Below, in pieces: positions 1 to 5,122 of a stretch of DNA of 10,844 nucleotides. A program made the position numbers and the translations under genes. The notes under the pieces were generated by a model. The model was not told where the DNA came from. It ran no database searches and saw only the letters and a program-made list of their open reading frames with translations. The stretch covers positions 1 through 10,844 of the forward strand of contig JALTLO010000166.1 in NCBI GenBank assembly GCA_027001995.1. Direction: 5' to 3'. This stretch comes from Planctomycetota bacterium (GTDB lineage: Bacteria; Planctomycetota; GCA-002687715; DRQF01). Numbering within the stretch: the stretch's first letter is position 1; each line of letters opens with the position of its first letter.

Positions 1-1
1 A

Positions 2-2209
2 GCCCGTCCAAACTGCATCGCCCTTGGCATGGGTCAGTTCTTTTGACTCGGGATTCGCGTCCTGAGCTGCTTTCTGTGGTTTTGGAGCGGGCTTGGGCGC
101 GGGTCGTTCGTCCCGTCGGGGGCGGTCGTCCCGAGCTGGGCGCCCATCCCGGCGGGGGCGTCGCTCATCTCGGTCTTGACGGGGGCGGTCATCACGTCTT
201 GGGCGGTCGTCCCGTCGGGGGCGATCATCATGGCGAGGACGGTTGTCTTGCCTTGGACGATCATCGCGATCCGGGCGACGGCTATCGCGCTGAGGACGAT
301 CTCCCCGTTGTGGTCTTTCACTCCGCTGAGGACGGTCATCCCTTCGTGGACGGCTATCCCGATTGTCACGATCATCCCGGTGCTGCCTTGGGGGGCGGCT
401 GGGGCCGTCACTTCGGTGGCCGGATTCCCGGTTGTCCCGACGGGGGCGACTTTCTCGGGGGGCCCGAGGAGCGTCGGCCTTGATCGTACGGTCTCCCTCA
501 GGGAGGTGGGTCTTTTTGACCATTTCGTCCAAGGCTTCCACCTGTCGGGGGAAGATCTCTTGGTCGAGTTTGTACATGGCCTCTTTTTCTGCCTGTTCTT
601 CCGCCGTGGGCCCTTGGCTTTCTGCGGCGGTTGCCGTGGCAGACTTGGCATCCCGAGGGATCTTTGGGGCGGCTTCTTCGGCTTTTGGCGTGGGCTCTGA
701 GGGTGCCTCTATGCCTCCCTGGTTGAAATCAACGGTCAGGTGGATTTCTGAGCTTTCGTCTGAGGGACCGTAGTCAAATACAAAGGAAACTTGGGTTTGT
801 GGCCCTCGTTTTACGGATGACTGAACTTTGACGTCGCCACCACCGATTTTCTCGATGCTGACACGAAGGTCTTTCGCTGGGCTTGACCCGGCTTGAGACG
901 GCTTCTTGGTGAAGGAAGAATCACTCACTTCGGTTAGGTTCCTTCGTTTCATGGCGATGCTGGTCGCCTGGATGTAGAGTTTTTCATAGTCTGCTGCATT
1001 TCGTTGCAGCGTCTTCACTTGCAGCCGTTGACTGGCGCATTTCATGCGCAAATCTGGATCGTTGACCAAGCGCATAATACTGCGGGCGAGGGCAGTTGGG
1101 GAAGAAGGGTCAAAGACCAAACCAGCTCCACTGTTGGAGATAGCTTCCCTCATAGCGCCCAAATCTGAAGCGATTACTGGCACACCGGACAACATGGCTT
1201 CCCTTATGGTGAGCGAGAAGGTTTCCCACCACAAGGAGGGAACTACCAGGATGTCCATACGGGAGAGGATTTCAGGAACGGCACTGTTGTCATAGTGGCC
1301 AAAGAAACGGACCCGGTCCTTTCTTTTGACTAAGTCTTTCAGTTCCTCCAAATAATCGGCCTTGTCATGCCAAGGAGGAGCATGGCCCCAAATTTCGAGG
1401 GTGAAGTCCCCTTCTAATTGGTTGAAAGCTTCAATGAGTAGATCAACACCCTTTGTGGGGATGACACTGCCAATGTAGCCAATGACCCGGGGTGCCCTGC
1501 TGTGATCTTGGGGAGCCGGAAACATGTCATGATCTAAACCATGGGCCAATGCCACAAAGCGTCGAGGATCAAGGCCTGTGGCGTCAATCATGCGGTCGCG
1601 ATGAAAGGCAGATGGAGTGAGGAGGATATCGCAGAGGTCCAAGAATCGGGGCATTTCCTTCACCCAATTCGCCAAGATAGGCGACTTTTCTGCCCCGGGG
1701 GATAAGTCATCAAACCAACCGGGCCAGAGTCGTGCCAAACACTCATGACAGACAGTGCGGTCGATGGTCTGGCAAATGTGGCCGTCAGGGTGGAGGCGCT
1801 GCCCCCGGGGGCAGACGGTCCAGAAGTCGTGAAGAGAGAAAACCACCGGGATATGACGACGTTTGGCCTCCTCTATGATCGTCATGGAGAGTCCAGTGAG
1901 GTGGTGAATGTGAATGACGTCCGGTTCAAAGGACTCAATTTCTGCGATAAAGGCGTTGTGGGAGCCTTCATGCTTCCAGGTAGAATCGAAGCCCTCGAAG
2001 TCTTCATAAAGATTGTTAAACCGCGAAACCAAGAGACCTTCTTGGAAACCCTGCGTCACTTCTCCGTGTTTGACCAAGGGGTCGCCACTTCGGCAGAAGA
2101 CCCGGACGTCGTGGTTGCGGGCTAACTCGCGGGCAATGCCCTGCACATGGAGCTCCGTGCCGCCCCAAGACTCTGGTGGAAAGGTGTGCAGGACAAAGAG
2201 AATGCGCAT
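2..2209 (-). CDS. GT4 (GT-B fold) glycosyltransferase fused in frame to a long, largely low-complexity C-terminal extension; 3' end outside window (at least 736 aa)
   Basis: Manual translation from ATG 2209: MRILFVLHTFPPESWGGTELHVQGIARELAR...EPDVIHIHHL...HDFWTVCPRGQR...GYIGSVIPTKGVDLLIEAF...DILVVPSLWWETFSLTIREAMLSGVPVIASDLGAMRE...YEKLY. This has the GT4 N-terminal strand and E-x7-E motif. No stop occurs in this frame down to position 2; it continues MKRRNLTEV...RDDRPRRDDRPRQDRDERRP...DAVWTG. GGGTG lies upstream of the ATG. Confidence 0.92.
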   Translation of the reverse strand, partial: MRILFVLHTFPPESWGGTELHVQGIARELARNHDVRVFCRSGDPLVKHGEVTQGFQEGLLVSRFNNLYEDFEGFDSTWKHEGSHNAFIAEIESFEPDVIHIHHLTGLSMTIIEEAKRRHIPVVFSLHDFWTVCPRGQRLHPDGHICQTIDRTVCHECLARLWPGWFDDLSPGAEKSPILANWVKEMPRFLDLCDILLTPSAFHRDRMIDATGLDPRRFVALAHGLDHDMFPAPQDHSRAPRVIGYIGSVIPTKGVDLLIEAFNQLEGDFTLEIWGHAPPWHDKADYLEELKDLVKRKDRVRFFGHYDNSAVPEILSRMDILVVPSLWWETFSLTIREAMLSGVPVIASDLGAMREAISNSGAGLVFDPSSPTALARSIMRLVNDPDLRMKCASQRLQVKTLQRNAADYEKLYIQATSIAMKRRNLTEVSDSSFTKKPSQAGSSPAKDLRVSIEKIGGGDVKVQSSVKRGPQTQVSFVFDYGPSDESSEIHLTVDFNQGGIEAPSEPTPKAEEAAPKIPRDAKSATATAAESQGPTAEEQAEKEAMYKLDQEIFPRQVEALDEMVKKTHLPEGDRTIKADAPRAPRESRPRRDNRESGHRSDGPSRPPRQHRDDRDNRDSRPRRDDRPQRSERPQRGDRPQRDSRRPDRDDRPRQDNRPRHDDRPRRDDRPRRDDRPRQDRDERRPRRDGRPARDDRPRRDERPAPKPAPKPQKAAQDANPESKELTHAKGDAVWTG
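101..472 (-). repeat. Degenerate ~18-nt coding tandem repeat encoding an (RDDRPR)n Arg/Asp/Pro tract
   Basis: Translation: RESRPRRDNRE...RDDRDNRDSRPRRDDRPQRSERPQRGDRPQRDSRRPDRDDRPRQDNRPRHDDRPRRDDRPRRDDRPRQDRDERRPRRDGRPARDDRPRRDERP. Units such as gggggcggtcgtcccg recur on the + strand. Confidence 0.9.
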
Positions 2210-2246
2210 ATTGTTTTTCACCCAAATGTAAAAGCAGCCGTGACTT

Positions 2247-2275
2247 ATCGTAATACTTGCTCATACTGGTCTCAA
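2247..2275 (-). promoter_or_regulatory. Putative sigma70-type promoter of the minus-strand GT gene
   Basis: Minus strand reads TTGAGA (2275-2270), 17 nt, TACGAT (2252-2247). The predicted start site is about 30 nt upstream of ATG 2209. Confidence 0.6.
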
Positions 2276-2277
2276 CA

Positions 2278-2365
2278 TGGCACAGAAGAAATCAATTGCC
2301 AACAAATGTGCCTCATTCTGGACTCGAATGTTCAGCTGAGGTGAAACATTTGTCGATCTGTGTTA
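2278..2365 (+). other. Long imperfect inverted repeat / candidate structured RNA in the divergent spacer
   Basis: Nested pairings: TGGCACAGA 2278-86 with TCTGTGTTA 2357-65; ACAAATGT 2302-09 with ACATTTGT 2346-53; GCCTCA 2310-15 with TGAGGT 2337-42; CTGGAC 2318-23 with GTTCAG 2330-35. Confidence 0.5.
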
Positions 2366-2404
2366 ATTGTCATCTGCGCTCCTAACCCAGCCGAGTTTCA
2401 ACAC

Positions 2405-3847
2405 ATGCGGATCTTACACGTAGCCCACGAGTTTCCTCCATACGAGTTCGCCGGAACGGCGATCTACACCTACAATATCGTCAAAGCTCTTTCTCAGGAG
2501 CATGAGGTATTCGTGTTTGCTCGTTTGGAAGACAAGAACGAACCAGCCTACAAGATTATCGACGAAGATCGGTCGGGGTATCACGTTCGCCTTCTCAGTC
2601 GACCTGACCTGAGCTGGAATCCCTTTGAAGATTCCTACTCAGATGAACGGGCTGAGCGAGCATTCACCGACTACATCGACGAGATTCAGCCTGATATCGT
2701 TCACTTCGAGCACATCCTGGGCATGTCCTACACCGTGGTGAAAGAAGTCAAGAAGCGGGGCATTGCCTGCGTTTTCACCCTCCATGACTTTTGGACCATG
2801 TGCCCCATGGGTCAGCGAATGTGCTATACGGACCGCACACTTTGCGATGACATCGATTTTGCCAAGTGTGGTCCCTGTGTCTTTGGCGACGGTTGGAACT
2901 GGAAAGACTCGGGGGAGAAACAAGGAACAACTGAATCCAAGACCGGCTTTCAGCACTATTTCGATCAAAAGTTTCGGACAACGCCTGGAGTTGTGGGGCG
3001 GAGGCCCCGGGCCATGATGTATGCGGCCATGAAGAGCGCTGGTGCTGCCTTGGGCTTTGATCCCACCATGCCCGAGCCAGAGATCTTGTCGAAGCATCCT
3101 TTCGCCGTTCGATTCCGCCGGATGCAAGAGGCCCTGTCCCATGCCGATCTTCTTATTACACCCTCGTCTTTCTTGAGGGATGAGTTCATTCGTTTGTTTC
3201 ATGTCTCACCAGATCGCATCATCCACTCTCGCAACGGCATGACTTTTGACCATGTCGTCGCCCACCCAAAATCAAAATCCGATATTATTCGCTTTGGCTT
3301 CGTTGGCTCTGTCATCCCCACCAAGGGTGTGCATGTTTTGGTCGATGCTGCCAAGAAACTCAGCGGCCGGTCCGGTTTTTGCGTCGACATCTACGGCGCT
3401 CCGAACCGCTGGACCGTTGACTACGAGACCGAGCTCCATAAGTCTGCTGAAGGATACGGCCAAGTTGTTTTCCATGGTCGTTTTGACAACAAACAGATCG
3501 GCAAAGTGTTGGCGAACATTGATGTCTTGGTTGTACCGTCGATCTGGTACGAGAACGCCCCTCTGACTTTGAACGAAGCTTCGATGACCAATACGCCGGT
3601 CTTGGCTTCCGACCGCGGTGGCATGCTCGAGTTTGTTCGCGATAACAAGTATGGCCGGACGTTTAAGCTTGGCGACGCCGATGACTTGGCTGCTGAGATG
3701 ACCAAACTTTTGGACGATCCCAGCCAAATCCCATCCATGGCAGAAAGCGATGTTTACATCAAACCTGTGGATGTCAACGCCAAAGAGCTCTTGGGTTACT
3801 ATGAAGAACTTGTTGCGGGCAAACCGATCACACCCTTGGGTGTTTGA
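2405..3847 (+). CDS. GT4 (GT-B fold) glycosyltransferase, 480 aa
   Basis: MRILHVAHEFPPYEFAGTAIY...PDIVHFEH...HDFWTMCPMGQR...GFVGSVIPTKGVHVL...DVLVVPSIWYENAPLTLNEASMTNTPVLASDRGGMLE (E-x7-E). The start is placed at ATG 2405 rather than 2360 because it aligns with the MRIL start of the paralog. Confidence 0.95.
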   Translation: MRILHVAHEFPPYEFAGTAIYTYNIVKALSQEHEVFVFARLEDKNEPAYKIIDEDRSGYHVRLLSRPDLSWNPFEDSYSDERAERAFTDYIDEIQPDIVHFEHILGMSYTVVKEVKKRGIACVFTLHDFWTMCPMGQRMCYTDRTLCDDIDFAKCGPCVFGDGWNWKDSGEKQGTTESKTGFQHYFDQKFRTTPGVVGRRPRAMMYAAMKSAGAALGFDPTMPEPEILSKHPFAVRFRRMQEALSHADLLITPSSFLRDEFIRLFHVSPDRIIHSRNGMTFDHVVAHPKSKSDIIRFGFVGSVIPTKGVHVLVDAAKKLSGRSGFCVDIYGAPNRWTVDYETELHKSAEGYGQVVFHGRFDNKQIGKVLANIDVLVVPSIWYENAPLTLNEASMTNTPVLASDRGGMLEFVRDNKYGRTFKLGDADDLAAEMTKLLDDPSQIPSMAESDVYIKPVDVNAKELLGYYEELVAGKPITPLGV

Positions 3848-4031
3848 TGAGCGATTGCTTCATCCTCACGCACTGACCCTCAAGATGTCTTGCTCTCTAT
3901 TCGACAAAAATAAAGGTCTGCTGCGGGATCTGAGCGAAGTAGGAAACCAGGGCTTCGGTGCAGAAAATCTTTACGTTCGAAATGGGCCTCGAAGTGCAGT
4001 ATTCGTGTTTCGTCACTATCAGTCGTGCACG

Positions 4032-4397
4032 CTATTCCCGCGTGTCGTTTTTGGCATCGATCTGGACCATGATCTCCGTTTCGTGCATCAGATCTGGCTG
4101 GATAGTGGGGAGCCGATCGATGAAATCCATGCTGCCGTGCCATACGGTTAGAATGAATACGACCTGATTGATTACGTCGCCCACGAGCACGTGCTTTCGA
4201 ACATCGTAGAAGCGAAGGCGTCCGGTGTAATCGTGACGTTCCTTGAAGAGCGAAAGATCTTCTGCCAGGGGGCCGATCGCTGCTTCCAAGTCCGTCAGGT
4301 CTTTGTCGGCGACTTGTGAACCCCAATGCTCGACCGAATCGTGCTCGATTACGTTGATGTCGCTAAGGGCCCGATGGGTGGGGAACAGTTTGGTCAT
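4032..4397 (-). CDS. parE: Type II toxin, RelE/ParE family (ParE-like), possibly degenerate
   Basis: 121 aa with the ParE layout: T-x-RA-x-DI-x2-I...WG-x2-A...L, then RFY-x-V-x-KH-V-L, then V-x-IL-x-V-x-H-x-SMD. Its ATG overlaps the upstream antitoxin frame's TGA (ATGA, 4394-4397). Confidence 0.8.
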   Translation of the reverse strand: MTKLFPTHRALSDINVIEHDSVEHWGSQVADKDLTDLEAAIGPLAEDLSLFKERHDYTGRLRFYDVRKHVLVGDVINQVVFILTVWHGSMDFIDRLPTIQPDLMHETEIMVQIDAKNDTRE

Positions 4398-4576
4398 GAA
4401 CTCTTCTGCCCTGCTCGATGCTTCTTGAGCATAGCGCGCAAGTTGCTAGTTTACTCTAACGTACGACCGTCGCGAACGAATTCACGTGGAGTTGAAAACA
4501 GCGTTCCGTCGTCGGAAGTTTCGTCCAAGAATGCACGTAGCTCTTCGGTGAGCGACAGATTGATTGATCGTGCCAT
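4394..4576 (-). pseudogene. parD: ParD-like ribbon-helix-helix antitoxin interrupted by an in-frame stop
   Basis: MARSINLSLTEELRAFLDETSDDGTLFSTPREFVRD fits the ParD/CC2985-type RHH pattern (N-x-SL...L-x2-F...G-x-Y/F-x3-SE-x-VR). TAA lies at 4451-4453; the same frame then reads TSNLRAMLKKHRAGQKSS to a TGA overlapping the toxin ATG. AAGGA lies 8 nt before ATG 4576. Confidence 0.75.
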
Positions 4577-4599
4577 GGACATTTTCCTTAATATCGTCC

Positions 4600-4632
4600 A
4601 TCTGCTATGATTTTTGTGGCGAACATTGTCAA
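4600..4632 (-). promoter_or_regulatory. Possible promoter of the TA operon (-35 only)
   Basis: Perfect TTGACA on the minus strand at 4632-4627, about 50 nt upstream of the antitoxin start. No convincing -10 at 16-18 nt spacing. Confidence 0.3.
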
Positions 4633-5013
4633 GTATCGTCATGAATCGATGGCACGCGGGCAACGATCCCAGATAAGAACCCGTTGTCTACTTCGGCGGC
4701 CTCGAACAAGAGCTCGTAGGGTCCAATCTCGATTCATCGTCGGTCTTAAGCCGATGGTCTCAGGATGCCGTAACGATTCTCAAGTCGCGTCGAGATCGCG
4801 TTCACAATCCCCAGGGGTAATGCTGCGGGTTCACCCCAAGATCAAGGAATCCCACTCAGAAGAAGACGAATTCTCCCTGAAGTCTCAATGAGTGGGCTCT
4901 CTAACGAAGCGACTTTCTCAGGATACCGAGCGCCCTTGCCATCAGGCGTTTGCAAAACTACCCCCAAGAAACTCCAATTATCTTCAAGCTAAAACCGCCA
5001 AAACACCCGGTGA

Positions 5014-5047
5014 TGCTTACCCATACTTCACATCTCTGCTCTACAAC
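5014..5047 (+). promoter_or_regulatory. Pho-box-like 11-bp-spaced direct repeat with a possible -10
   Basis: TGCTTAC CCAT ACTTCAC (TTAC 5017, TCAC 5028), then 10 nt, then TACAAC at 5042-5047. The match is degenerate. Confidence 0.3.
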
Positions 5048-5122
5048 AATACCGAGCGGTGAAAGTACTCCGGCTCGTTGATTTTCTTTTTTGCAGTATG
5101 ACCCACATCTTTGGAGAACAAA

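Noticed and set aside
101..472. Repeat tract as a CRISPR array
   Set aside because: The units are degenerate, codon-phased and contiguous, with no unique spacers and no cas genes in the window.
34..773. Track ORFs 34..651(-), 43..483(+), 176..700(+), 363..773(+)
   Set aside because: They are alternative-frame or antisense shadows of the GC-rich repeat inside the 2209-to-2 ORF, whose frame is continuous with the GT domain.
2..952. Calling the tail Rho, RNase E, RluB, IF2 or a DEAD-box helicase
   Set aside because: Only the low-complexity composition is similar; no catalytic or fold motif of those families is visible in the window.
2210..2404. 6S RNA or a known riboswitch in the divergent spacer
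   Set aside because: The well-supported rod is only about 90 nt, its internal loop is strongly asymmetric, and I recognise no family motif. It is kept only as an unassigned structure.
2360..2404. Track start at 2360 for the plus-strand GT
   Set aside because: The GT4 N-terminus and the paralog alignment both begin at ATG 2405.
3750..4891. ORFs 3750..4151(+), 3880..4326(-), 4326..4610(+), 4607..4891(+) and the 4663 start for the antitoxin
   Set aside because: They overlap the TA genes or have no recognisable features. The antitoxin pattern and SD point to ATG 4576.
5053..5080. c-di-GMP riboswitch suggested by GAAA in the hairpin loop
   Set aside because: The other conserved c-di-GMP-I elements and the second stem are absent.
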